Assembly (NCBI GenBank): GCA_965206645.1
Contig: CBDBKE010000004.1
Span: forward strand, 928,001-992,000
Reading direction: 5' to 3'
DNA from: Terriglobia bacterium
GTDB lineage: Bacteria; Acidobacteriota; Terriglobia; JAJPHL01; JAPKYU01
Length of the DNA: 64,000 bases
Part shown: one piece after another, positions 28,218 to 37,631 of the stretch
Position numbering within the stretch: the stretch's first letter is position 1
Layout: the number at the start of each line of letters is the position of its first letter
Position numbers and translations under genes: made by a program
Notes under the pieces: generated by a model
The model's input: only the letters and a program-made list of their open reading frames with translations
What the model was told of the DNA's origin: nothing
Databases searched by the model: none

Positions 28218-29574
28218 CTACTGGTGGATGAGACGAATCGGAATCAGCGATCCGCCAGAGCTCACGATTGTGGTGCCGCCACCGCCGCTGCCCCCGGTCG
28301 AGCCCTGGCACCCGGCTACGTTCAGGATGTAAGTGTCAACCGTTCCCTGCGGGTTTCTCTCCTCCTTAATGAAAACCTCCAGGAAGTCGACGATATTTAC
28401 TACGACGCTGGCCGGGCAAGAAGCGCCGGGACACAAAGTTGCCCCGTCATAGAGTGGGATGTTCACCACGGAATCGCTCGTGGAAATGACGGTGCCTTGC
28501 GGGACAAACGGATTGTTAAACCCGGCGAACATTGGAAAAGGAGGCGCGGGAGTCAAAGTATCCTGTCCGCCGCCCGAGCCTGGGCTTTGATGAATCAGGC
28601 ATTGGACACCCTGCCTGGTCGGCCCCACCATATTTCCGGTGATCGGCTGAATGGTCGTCGCGCCACAGGAGATGGTATTTTGGTTGCAACAGGCAATATT
28701 GTCACGGTATAGGGAGCCGCTACCGGCCCCCCCCCCCCGCCCCGCCGCCGCTCGCGCACGAGGAGCAGCTGGAAGGTAGGCCACCCGTGGGAAGGAATAC
28801 CGGATAGAATTTGCTCGATGCAGCCGCTTCATTTGGGCTACCCGGTTTGATCTGATGTAGCTGGCCAATTACGCCGCCGGGAGTAGCTCCGGGGTTCACG
28901 ATAGGGTTGGGGGGATTGGGATTTATGAAGTAAGAAGCGTACGAACTTCCAAGTCCTCCAGGTCCGCTAATAAGACAATTTGTGTTGGCGTTCGGGTCAC
29001 CGAAGTTCACCGGGTGCAATGCATCGCAATTCGGCAGAAGGAAAGGCTTCAAGCATTTCGCCCCCACGGAAACAGTCGTTGTGGACGATGCGGACGGGTT
29101 GAAAGCCTCCGCCGTTGCCGAGGCTCCGATATCGGCGGTCTGGATGCCGAAGATCTTGACGAAGAAAGTGGGCATGGGATTGCTGCGCGCAGACGTCCGT
29201 TCCACAACTACCGTAACGACCGGATTCCCCGGATTCGAGACGTCGATCGTCACATCACTGGGCAGAATGCTGACTGTCTGGTTACCCACTGAGTTGTGCC
29301 CACCAACGTCGATGGCCCTCTGGCGGGCTTTAACTATCGCCGCGGCGGTCAGCACCCCGCCGGACGTAGCGCCGGGAGCCGCGAACACCTTGGCGCCGGC
29401 CAGCGCGGCGGCGTCGGCCGCCCGCTGCGCCTCGCTGCGAGCGACATACAGCCCTGCCAGGTCAATGGCCAGCCCCGCCACGCCCAGCAGCATGACCATC
29501 CCGGCCGACAGCAGCACCAAAACAGCCCCGCGCTGAGCGCCGCATCCACTCCGTCCGCATTGACTTGCTGGCAT
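28218..29574 (-). pseudogene. TadG-like Flp/Tad pilus-associated protein, frameshifted at a G12 tract
   Basis: QRGAVLVLL...GLAIDLA...AQRAADAAALAGA Tad N-terminus; ORF stops at 28720 and the Cys/Gly-rich C-terminus continues in ORF 28218..28868; G11 would join them. Confidence 0.8.
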
Positions 29575-29662
29575 GATGTCCCTCCGCTAACTTAAGATTA
29601 GCCACGATGGCAGCCGTGGCAATGTTGATCGTTCCAGACCCTAGATTCAGGATCTTTGTCAA

Positions 29663-29718
29663 AGTACAAGCGGCCGCTAAGCCGGCAATAGACCGTTAGT
29701 CTCATTTTGCGTTGGTAC
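29663..29718 (-). promoter_or_regulatory. Shared upstream module, copy C
   Basis: gtaccaacgcaaaatgagactaacggtctattgccggcttagcggccgcttgtacttt; matches the 5' two-thirds of copies A and B. Confidence 0.65.
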
Positions 29719-29894
29719 TCCAGTCCTACAGGTCTTACCGGCTCGCAGGAGAGATGCTATTGGCGATCTTCCGTCATCTTTGGCTTTCACGAGCCATGGC
29801 GGTGATTACTGCCCAAGGGTAGGCAGAGTCCTCGCCATTGTCGGGTTGAAACGCGGGGGATTCGGACTCGATAGCGGATTTCCTAGATAAGTCC

Positions 29895-30131
29895 GACGAA
29901 GACGAACTGATCCTCCAGATGCTGGACAAGGCCTTGCGGAAGAGCGGCTACCAAACCTTCACGACCACCGACCCCTTTCAGGCGCGGCAAAGGCTCGATG
30001 AAACCAGCTTTGACGCCGCCACTTTGGACGTCAAGCTGGAGCGCATTAAGGCCCATGTTGCTAGGGTCAAGATCCTACGTCAGCTGCCCTGGTCGGCTCA
30101 AGTCAGATCGCCATGGCTCCTTTTGGCGTAG
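29895..30131 (+). pseudogene. Response-regulator receiver domain fragment
   Basis: DEDELILQMLDKALRKSGY...FDAATLDVKL is the N-terminal half of a REC domain; no recognisable start or C-terminal half. Confidence 0.6.
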
Positions 30132-30310
30132 CATCGCGGCTCGATTGGTCGTTCTGCTGAGTTGGTAAGTCTGTCTTGCCCCACACCTGCCTACTGCTTT
30201 CATGTGGCGAAATCATTTCCGTTCGGCTGGCTGTGCGGTTTAGAATCGCGCTGGCAGGCAACCGAAATCGGAAATTCCTGCATAAAGGAGTTGCACCATG
30301 GGAGGCGGCC

Positions 30311-30436
30311 ATGAAACTCAGCGTTAAACGTATGGCCATTGCGGTCGGAGTCTTCTGGGGAGTCGTTGGAATGCTTCTCACTGGGTTGACGAATCTGGTT
30401 GCAGGCATTCGGTTCTTGTCGCGGAGATCGTTGTAG
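30311..30436 (+). pseudogene. Truncated small membrane protein (MKLSVKRMAIAVGVFWG...)
   Basis: GGAGG SD and one TM helix, then an early stop. Confidence 0.4.
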
Positions 30437-30473
30437 AATGTTGCCGCGCGCATCTGGTCCAGCGGGGACCTGT

Positions 30474-31112
30474 ATGGACGGACAGGAAAAGTTCGATTTG
30501 TCCACGTTTGTGCCCAACCTCAGAGGTTTATCTCCAGAAGATCAGCGGAACCGGGTACGAGAGGAGGTGACGCGAGTTGGCAAATTGGTGGTGCGGGAAC
30601 CGAGCCGAATGTTCGGCCAGCAGCTTTACCTCCAGCGCCTGAAGCGCCTGTCGAGGTTTCTGACGGGCAAGGACGTGACGAGCGAGTTAACGCCGTCAGA
30701 GATTCGGGCTTACAGGCTGCTTGCGGACAGCGCGTCGCAGTCCGCTCGCACCGCTGCACCCGTGGCGGCGCCTTCTGCCTCCGTGCCCACGGCAGAGGAG
30801 CGGGTGGACGCCAAGCTAGGAGGCCGAAAGGAGCATCGCAGGTCCCATCGGACGTTTATGAAAACGCGGGTTCGCATCCGCCGCGAGTCCGGTCCAGAGA
30901 CGGAGGTACTGGAGCCGGCGAATGTCTCGTGGGGCGGTATCAGCTTTGAAAGCACTCGGCAATATGACCTTCACGAAATCGTCCGGGTCAAGATGCACGA
31001 TCCCAACCTTCCCGATGGCGGCGGGATGGAAACGCGCTCCTTGATCGTGCGTGCCGTTCCGCTGCCGAAGTGGGATGCGTTTTCCTACGGCGTCAAGTTC
31101 CTGACCGCCTGA
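30474..31112 (+). CDS. PilZ-domain protein
   Basis: RRSHR (RxxxR) and NVSWGG (NxSxxG) c-di-GMP-binding motifs; YGVKF end. Confidence 0.8.
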   Translation: MDGQEKFDLSTFVPNLRGLSPEDQRNRVREEVTRVGKLVVREPSRMFGQQLYLQRLKRLSRFLTGKDVTSELTPSEIRAYRLLADSASQSARTAAPVAAPSASVPTAEERVDAKLGGRKEHRRSHRTFMKTRVRIRRESGPETEVLEPANVSWGGISFESTRQYDLHEIVRVKMHDPNLPDGGGMETRSLIVRAVPLPKWDAFSYGVKFLTA

Positions 31113-31245
31113 TTCGGGCCGCGCTCTCAGTTCTGCCTGCCCGGTGGAATCCGTCAACGTAGAAGAAAGGCCGCGATACGCAAACTTCCACCCGCCGCGA
31201 TAAGAGCCCGACTGTGCGGGGATTGCCAATTAGGCACGGTCTGTA

Positions 31246-32402
31246 CTACTCGGGACTGGGGAGGCGGGCGCGGAAGCTCACGCCGATTCCGGTCTTCTCC
31301 CCAACCTTCTCGCTCCGCGTCACGGTACCCCGCAGGTGCAGCACACTGGTCGAGCTGTCCTGGCCGATGGGTAGGTCGATTTCCGCTTCCAGTTCCGTGC
31401 CGATGTCCCACTCCTGGTCCACGACAAGGAAGGAGCCATCCAGGTTCAGGTCACTGAGCAAGGTCCTTTCGCTCTCATTCTGGTCCGCCCGGCGCAAGAG
31501 GGCACGAATGGGGTTTGCCAGCAGCACGCGATGGGAATACTGCTGCTCCATGCGGCCATGCAAGGTAGTCCCATTCTGTTTCCGATCCAGGCTGACCGTG
31601 GTCTCTTCCATCGGCGCGTGCACGCGCGGAAAACAAGCCTGCGCTTCGAGCAGCATCTTGTCCGGAAACAGGTCAGAATGGTCAGGATCGTGGTGGAAGA
31701 GCACCAACTCTTTGACGTTGGCGTCGCAAGCCGCCTGTATGCCTGCCATGAGCTGTGCCCCCAGCCGACGCGCGATTCGTATTCGGCCGGAGTGCACTGG
31801 CCATCGTAAACCAGTACGTCAGCCCCCTCGGCCAGTTTGTGGACACTGGCGTCGAAGGTGGGGTCGCCATGTTCGTGATCGGTGGCGTAGACGAACACAC
31901 CGGGTTCCGCCTCCACGCGGAACCCCAGGCAGCCCTGCGGATGGGTCAGGTGGCGGGAGACAATCTCCACATCGAACACCTTCCGCCGCTCTTCGCCGAT
32001 GATGCAGAAGTTCTTGCGCCCCTTGGTCACGCTCATGTCCACTTGGGAGAACGGGGGGAGCATCAGCCCGCCCAGCGCGTCCTTTGACGTCGTCCCTGGG
32101 CCTCGAAGCAATGGAACAAAACCTGATTGCGGGCATCGTACAGCGGGGCGAAGAAGGGCAATCCCTGGATGTGGTCCCAATGAAAGTGGGTCAGGAAGAC
32201 CATCAGATGCTGGCCGTCGGGGGGAGTCTTCTCAGCCAGCCGCTTGCCCAGGCGGGTGATGCCGGTGCCGCAGTCCAGGATGATGGTGTGTTCCCTGCGG
32301 AGTCTTGATCTCCACGCAGGGCGTGTTCCCGCCGTACTTAAAGGTGCGCGGATGGGGAGTCGGCATCGAACCCCGTACACCCCAAAAGGTCATCTGCATC
32401 AT
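31246..32402 (-). pseudogene. MBL-fold hydrolase fused to a degenerate PilZ domain; three frameshifts
   Basis: FWGVRGS..YGGNTPCV, LDCGTG, THFHWDHIQG, YATDHE, WGHSS, LFHHDP spread over four frame segments (shifts near 32295, 32095, 31745); PilZ-like tail DLNLDG...GVSF. Confidence 0.8.
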
Positions 32403-33157
32403 CAGGATCGTAATCCGCCCCCTGGCGCAAGCATAGTGAACTGCAGCTTGACGCCGGCGACTTCGATCAGGTCGCCTTCCCGCAGATCCTGCGGACCGGC
32501 CAGCGGCTGGCCATTGATCCTGGCCCTGCGCCTGCCCCTGCCCGAGGGAGCGATCTGGTAGCTGGCCTCACCCTTGTTGATGACTGCGGCGACATCGGGA
32601 GCGAACCAGCCCTTCAGCTTGACCGAGGCCAGGGGCGATTTGCCGATCAAAGTCAGCTTGCTAGTCAGGCTGTATTCCATCTGGTCGGTGTTGCCCCCCA
32701 CGACAATGAGGGTGCCCACCTTCGCGGGGCCTGGCGAGAACCGGCTCTCGGCCACCCTGGCCTTTTGGAGCAGCTCCCGTTGTTTTTGTGTGTCGAGCAC
32801 GACGGTCTCTTCCAGCTGGGGAAGGGCTTTGGGCTGTTCAGTGCGGATCTGCATGGTAGGCATTGCCCCGCCCTCGTCCTGGTAGGCCAGGGTATGCTTT
32901 CCGATCGAGACCTCATCCCCGTTCTTGAGGAACGCGCTGCGGACGGGCGGTTGATTGACGAAGGTGCCGTTCAAGCTGTTCAGATCTTCCAACTTGAATT
33001 TTTCGTCATCGAAAGAGACGCGGGCGTGGTGGGTGCTGACCGCCGGGTTGTCAATGACCACATCGTTGTCGGGAGTTCGACCGATAGTGATAATGGGCCG
33101 CGTTAGCGGGATTTCTTGGAACACCTTGGCCTCGCACTTCAGAATCAGCTTCGCCAT
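32402..33157 (-). CDS. Tandem FHA-domain protein
   Basis: IGRTPDND, VSTHHA, DLNSLNGTFVN; second degenerate FHA (LIGKS...INGQ...LREGDLIEV). Confidence 0.88.
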   Translation of the reverse strand: MAKLILKCEAKVFQEIPLTRPIITIGRTPDNDVVIDNPAVSTHHARVSFDDEKFKLEDLNSLNGTFVNQPPVRSAFLKNGDEVSIGKHTLAYQDEGGAMPTMQIRTEQPKALPQLEETVVLDTQKQRELLQKARVAESRFSPGPAKVGTLIVVGGNTDQMEYSLTSKLTLIGKSPLASVKLKGWFAPDVAAVINKGEASYQIAPSGRGRRRARINGQPLAGPQDLREGDLIEVAGVKLQFTMLAPGGGLRS

Positions 33158-33425
33158 GCCCTTCGGCTGCTCGCCCGCGGGAATCCGGAGCCGTTCTACG
33201 CTTCCAACCCCTGCGTGCCCCTATTTTTTCCCATCTCTTAGCTTGATGCAACCCGCCTCTGTGTCATCGCCGTTAACAAGGGAAGCACTGGTGTTTCTTG
33301 ATTCGGTTCTCGGGCATCAAGTCCGTGGTCCCAGCGAGGCCCCTCGCCCCTGTGTGAAAACCATCTGTTTCCGGCACATCATCAAGCGCCACAGCCGGTC
33401 CAACAGAATTAGTCGTCTGCGAGGG

Positions 33426-33809
33426 TCAGCGAAGAGGGATTTTTGGCACGCCCTTGAATCGCCCGGCGTATGGTCCCGACCCAACCCCCATCTCGTCCAC
33501 GATGGAGCGCCAGGAGTGGCCCTGTTCACGAAGAGCGGCCACTCTGGAAGCATCCACGACGGCACGTGGCCTGCCCAGCCGTTTGCCCCTGGCTTTAGCA
33601 GCGGCGATGCCTGAGCGGATACGTTCCCGAATCAGTTCGCGCTCGAACTCGGCAATGCTGGCGAAGACGCCGAACACGAGCCGGCCGTTCGGGGTGCTGG
33701 TGTCTACGCCTTCGTGCAGGCTGATGAAGTCCACACCCAAGGCGCGGAATTCTTCCAGCGCGTTCACCAACCGGCGCAGGCTGCGGGCGAAGCGGTCGTA
33801 CCGCGGCAA
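33426..33809 (-). pseudogene. Serine recombinase (resolvase/invertase), N-terminally truncated
   Basis: DRFARS, FISLHEGVDTSTPNGR, AEFERELIRER, GKRLGRP; the catalytic YxRVS N-terminus is missing. Confidence 0.85.
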
Positions 33810-34155
33810 GCGTCCGGCGCGTGCGCGGACCCTCTACTTGACACCCAGCACGAAGTCTATCCTAGTGAGCAGGTTGGCGAGTGGCAGTCCCTGGCTTTTC
33901 CCGTCGCCGGGCAGGCACGGTCATGTTATGCACCTTCAGAGGACGCATGACCGCGTGTGCGAAAAGACCGGCCTGACTTTCCAGATATATGCTTGGCGTC
34001 ACACGTTCGCTACGAGGTTTGCGGAGAAAACGAAGGACTTGTCCACACTGTCTACTATCTTAGGCCACTTGCCCAGCGCAGGACTTCGCATGGTTCTGAA
34101 GTATGTGCATCCAACAGCCGAACAGCAGAAGCGGACAATGGTCGAATACGACTGA
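33810..34155 (+). pseudogene. Tyrosine recombinase/integrase C-terminal fragment
   Basis: WLFPS, YAWRHTFATR, ILGH...MVLKYVH (box II with catalytic Tyr). Confidence 0.85.
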
Positions 34156-34361
34156 GACTAGGGTGGAGGCAGAAACACTCCAATGAACGAGGTATCGCGT
34201 TCGTACGGATTTTTGCCGACCTGTGGAAAAGGCCCCTAGTGGAATGAAAGGGATAGAAGGAGTTTGTAATACAGGGTCAGGGGGCCATAGGATTTCGTAA
34301 GTAATGTTTTATGTTTCATGTACGGGGAGTGGCGGAACCCATCAGCAAAGCACCTACAGTG

Positions 34362-35747
34362 CTACTGCTCCCTTTTCTTCACTTCGGCGGTGAGGCGGCC
34401 CCGAGCCAAGCGCACAGCTACTTCATCGCCGGGCTGCACCCGGCCTGCATCGCGAAGCAGGCGGCCGTCGGGGCCGTAGGCCAGCGCATAGCCGCGCTCC
34501 AGCACGTTGAGCGGGCTCAGGTCTCCCAACTGCGCCAGCAGCGATTGCAGGCGGGCGACGCGCCGATCCAGTTGCCGGCGCAGCGCGTGCTGCAGAGCGG
34601 CCGCGGCGGCGGCCGTCCGGGCGCGGTCACTCTCCAGCCGCCGCCTGACCTCCAGGCGGCTCAGGCGTCCCTCCACGGCTTGCAGACGCCGCAGTCGGTC
34701 ACCAACCTGGCCACGGGCTAGCTCCGTCAGCCGGTAGGCTAGCTCGTCGGTGCGTTGCATCTGGAGCCGGACCAGGCGGGGGACGCTCTCGAAAGCGCGA
34801 TGGCGCGCCAGTTCCCCCAAGCGGTGCCGGAGACCCAGCAGGCGGAAGGCGACGCGCTCGCGCAAGCTTTGCTGGAACATCGCGATGCGTTCAACCAGTT
34901 GCGATTTGGTCTGGACCACCAGCTCAGCGGCAGCCGAAGGAGTGGGCGCGCGGAGGTCCGCTACAAAATCCGCAATGGTGACGTCGGTCTCGTGTCCCAC
35001 CGCCGAGATCACCGGGACTCGGGACTGGGCAATCGCCCGCGCCACCTGTTCTTCGTTGAACGCCCAGAGGTCTTCGAGCGAGCCGCCGCCGCGGGCCAGA
35101 ATCAGCACGTCCACCGGGGCGCGCACCTGGCGCTTGGGTGGCAGGTTGAAGTAGTGGAGGGCTTCCACAATTTCGCCGGCAGCGGCCTCGCCCTGCACGC
35201 GCACCGAGTAGAGCAGCAGGTGGAGGTTCTCGAAGCGACGCCGCAGGATGCGCAGCATGTCGGCGATCACCGCGCCCCGCGGCGAGGTGATCAGCCCGAT
35301 GCGCTGGGGCAGCATCGGCAGCGGCTTCTTCCGCGCCGCGTCGAACAGGCCCTCGGCTGCCAGCTGTGCTTTAAGTTGCTCGAAGGCCAGTTGCAACGCG
35401 CCGTAGCCGGCCGGCTCCAGGTATTCGACGATGAGCTGGTACTCGCCCCGCGGGTCGTACACGCTGACGCGGCCTCGCGCGGTCACGGCCAGCCCGTTCT
35501 TCGGCTTGAACTTCACCAGACGCAGCGCGTTCTTGAACAACACGGCCCGCAACTGCGCGCCATGGTCCTTCAGCGTGAAGTAAAAGTGACCGGAGGGGGC
35601 CGGCTTGCAGTTGGAGATCTCGCCCTGCACCCACACCTCGCCGAATTCGCCTTCCAGCAGCTCCCGGATCCGCGCCGTCAGGTCCGTAACCGTGTAGACG
35701 GTCCGCTCCGGAATCCGCTTCCAATCCAGGACCAGTTGCTCAGCCAT
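34362..35747 (-). CDS. xseA: Exodeoxyribonuclease VII large subunit
   Basis: VWVQGEISN, SGHFYFTLKD, ARGGGSLEDLWAFN, SAVGHETD, RAPTPSAAAE, VLERGYA. Confidence 0.97.
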   Translation of the reverse strand: MAEQLVLDWKRIPERTVYTVTDLTARIRELLEGEFGEVWVQGEISNCKPAPSGHFYFTLKDHGAQLRAVLFKNALRLVKFKPKNGLAVTARGRVSVYDPRGEYQLIVEYLEPAGYGALQLAFEQLKAQLAAEGLFDAARKKPLPMLPQRIGLITSPRGAVIADMLRILRRRFENLHLLLYSVRVQGEAAAGEIVEALHYFNLPPKRQVRAPVDVLILARGGGSLEDLWAFNEEQVARAIAQSRVPVISAVGHETDVTIADFVADLRAPTPSAAAELVVQTKSQLVERIAMFQQSLRERVAFRLLGLRHRLGELARHRAFESVPRLVRLQMQRTDELAYRLTELARGQVGDRLRRLQAVEGRLSRLEVRRRLESDRARTAAAAAALQHALRRQLDRRVARLQSLLAQLGDLSPLNVLERGYALAYGPDGRLLRDAGRVQPGDEVAVRLARGRLTAEVKKREQ

Positions 35748-35756
35748 TCATGAAAT

Positions 35757-36199
35757 TCAATCCGCAGATTTCGCAGATTTCACAGATTTTGAAAGAACAA
35801 GGCGTCGGTGCTCTAGCGATTGTGCACCGAAATTCAGGAGCAAACCGAGTTCGAAGCCCGTCGTCTTGAGATAATTTATCAGTGGGCCTCTTCTGTGCTG
35901 CTCAGATGAGAAAGCGCTTTCAGCTCAACAATAATGGAATCGAAACACACAAAATCGGCCCGGTAGGTCGTATTTAATCGATGGCCCTTGTAGATGACCG
36001 GAAGCTCAACCTGACAACGATGCGGCACTCCACGAGCGCCGAGTTCGACGGTGAGTGCTTCCTGGTAGACCGCTTCCAAGAAGCCATGCCCCAGTTCCCG
36101 ATGCACATCCATCGCCGCGCCGATGATGGCATATGTCCTTGGGTCTCCCTTGTCTTTCTGCGAAATCTGCGTAATCTGCGGATTTTTCAAAGAGGACAT
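35757..36199 (-). pseudogene. GxxExxY family protein (PD-(D/E)XK nuclease fold) with a 1-nt deletion
   Basis: [32 protein letters not shown]; after the shift near 35882 it continues [19 protein letters not shown]...KSAD* ending at 35757. Confidence 0.88.
35759..36184. repeat. 28-bp imperfect inverted repeat of 9-nt units enclosing the GxxExxY gene
   Basis: 35759-35786 aatccgcagatttcgcagatttcacaga versus 36157-36184 tctgcgaaatctgcgtaatctgcggatt (26/28 complementary). Confidence 0.92.
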
Positions 36200-36223
36200 T
36201 CGTCTCCGCCGTGCCGCCAGGAC

Positions 36224-36658
36224 CTATTGCGAGTCTCCATAGATTTCCAACGCGTTGAAGAAGTAGCCAATTTCGAAGCGTGCGGTCTCGGGGGCGTCGG
36301 AGCCGTGAATGACGTTGCGCTCGATTGAGGAGCCGTATAGCTTGCGGAGTGTGCCTTCGGCGGCCTGCGCCGGGTTGGTCGCTCCCATCACTTCGCGCAG
36401 CCGCCGGATGGCATCCTCGGCTTCGAGCATCATGACCACCACCCGGTCCTCGGTCATGAAGCGGGTGAGGCTGGAGAAAAACGGGCGCTGGCGGTGCACC
36501 GCGTAAAAGCCTTCGGCCTCGGGCAACGAAAGCCGCACCATCTTCATGGCCACGATCCGGAACTTCTCCTCCTCCAGGCGCTGGATGATGTCGCCGATGA
36601 GGCCACCGCCCACCGTATCCGGCTTTATGATGCTCAATGTGCGTTCAACGTTCGCCAT
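36224..36658 (-). CDS. ndk: Nucleoside diphosphate kinase
   Basis: ERTLSIIKPD, MGATNP, RNVIHGSD. Confidence 0.97.
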   Translation of the reverse strand: MANVERTLSIIKPDTVGGGLIGDIIQRLEEEKFRIVAMKMVRLSLPEAEGFYAVHRQRPFFSSLTRFMTEDRVVVMMLEAEDAIRRLREVMGATNPAQAAEGTLRKLYGSSIERNVIHGSDAPETARFEIGYFFNALEIYGDSQ

Positions 36659-36694
36659 CCTGCCTCACTTGAAAGCTTCAGAGTACAACTCGAC

Positions 36695-37585
36695 TCACTG
36701 AGCCATGGCGGAGCGCGCCCGTAGCGCGGCGGCGACCACTTCGCCGATTACTGCCGGCGTACTGGCCATCTGAATTCCTGCAGCATCCATCGCACGGATC
36801 TTTTCTGCGGCAGTGCCCTGCCCTCCGGCAATGATGGCTCCGGCATGCCCCATGCGCCGGCCGGGCGGCGCCGTCTGTCCGGCCACAAAGCCCACCACCG
36901 GCTTGGGGACGTGCTCCCGGATGAACGTCGCGGCGGTCTCTTCGGCATTGCCGCCGATTTCCCCGATCAGCACGATGGCCTCGGTTTCCGGGTCCTCATT
37001 GAATAACCGGACGGCATCCAGGAAGCTGGTCCCAATGATAGGGTCTCCCCCAATGCCGATGCAGGTGGACTGTCCGATGCCCAGCCCGCTGAGCTGGTGG
37101 ACTGCCTCGTAGGTCAGCGTGCCGCTGCGGGAGACCACACCCACGCCGCCCGGCTTGTGGATGTGCCCGGGCATGATGCCGATCTTGCATTTGCCCGGTG
37201 AAATGATGCCGGGGCAGTTGGGGCCAATCAGCCGGGTGGCGCGCTTTTCCAAGAAGGCGCGGACGCGAACCATGTCCAGCGTCGGGATGCCTTCGGTAAT
37301 GCAGACCACCAGCGGCAGCCCGGCATCGCCTGCTTCCAGGATGGCGTCGGCGGCGTAGGACGCAGGAACAAAAATCACCGAGGCATTGGCGCCTGTTTGC
37401 CGCGCCGCTTCGGCCACCGTGTGAAAGACCGGAACACCCTCGTGCCTGGTTCCTCCCTTGCCGGGAGTCACGCCGCCAACGACCTTGGTTCCGTAAGCTA
37501 TGGCCTGCTGGGTGTGGAAGGTACCCTCGCGCCCGGTCAGCCCCTGGACCAGCAACCGTGTGTTTTCGTCCACCAAGATGCTCAT
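36695..37585 (-). CDS. sucD: Succinate--CoA ligase alpha subunit
   Basis: [32 protein letters not shown]. Confidence 0.97.
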   Translation of the reverse strand: MSILVDENTRLLVQGLTGREGTFHTQQAIAYGTKVVGGVTPGKGGTRHEGVPVFHTVAEAARQTGANASVIFVPASYAADAILEAGDAGLPLVVCITEGIPTLDMVRVRAFLEKRATRLIGPNCPGIISPGKCKIGIMPGHIHKPGGVGVVSRSGTLTYEAVHQLSGLGIGQSTCIGIGGDPIIGTSFLDAVRLFNEDPETEAIVLIGEIGGNAEETAATFIREHVPKPVVGFVAGQTAPPGRRMGHAGAIIAGGQGTAAEKIRAMDAAGIQMASTPAVIGEVVAAALRARSAMAQ

Positions 37586-37631
37586 GCTTTAGTCCAAAGC
37601 CCAGGTTCAACTCGGCCCGCGCCCGGCTTGG

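Larger units (their letters stand above)
25863..34363. mobile_element. Decayed genomic island at the 3' end of xseA
   Basis: 11-bp direct repeat cctacagtgct at 25863-25873 and 34353-34363; recombinase remnants at the right end; several pseudogenes; visibly lower GC in parts. Confidence 0.7.

Noticed and set aside
29575-29720. c-di-GMP-I riboswitch upstream of the TadG-like gene
   Set aside because: GCAAA and atggcagccg fragments occur but on opposite strands, and the GNRA-capped first stem is missing.
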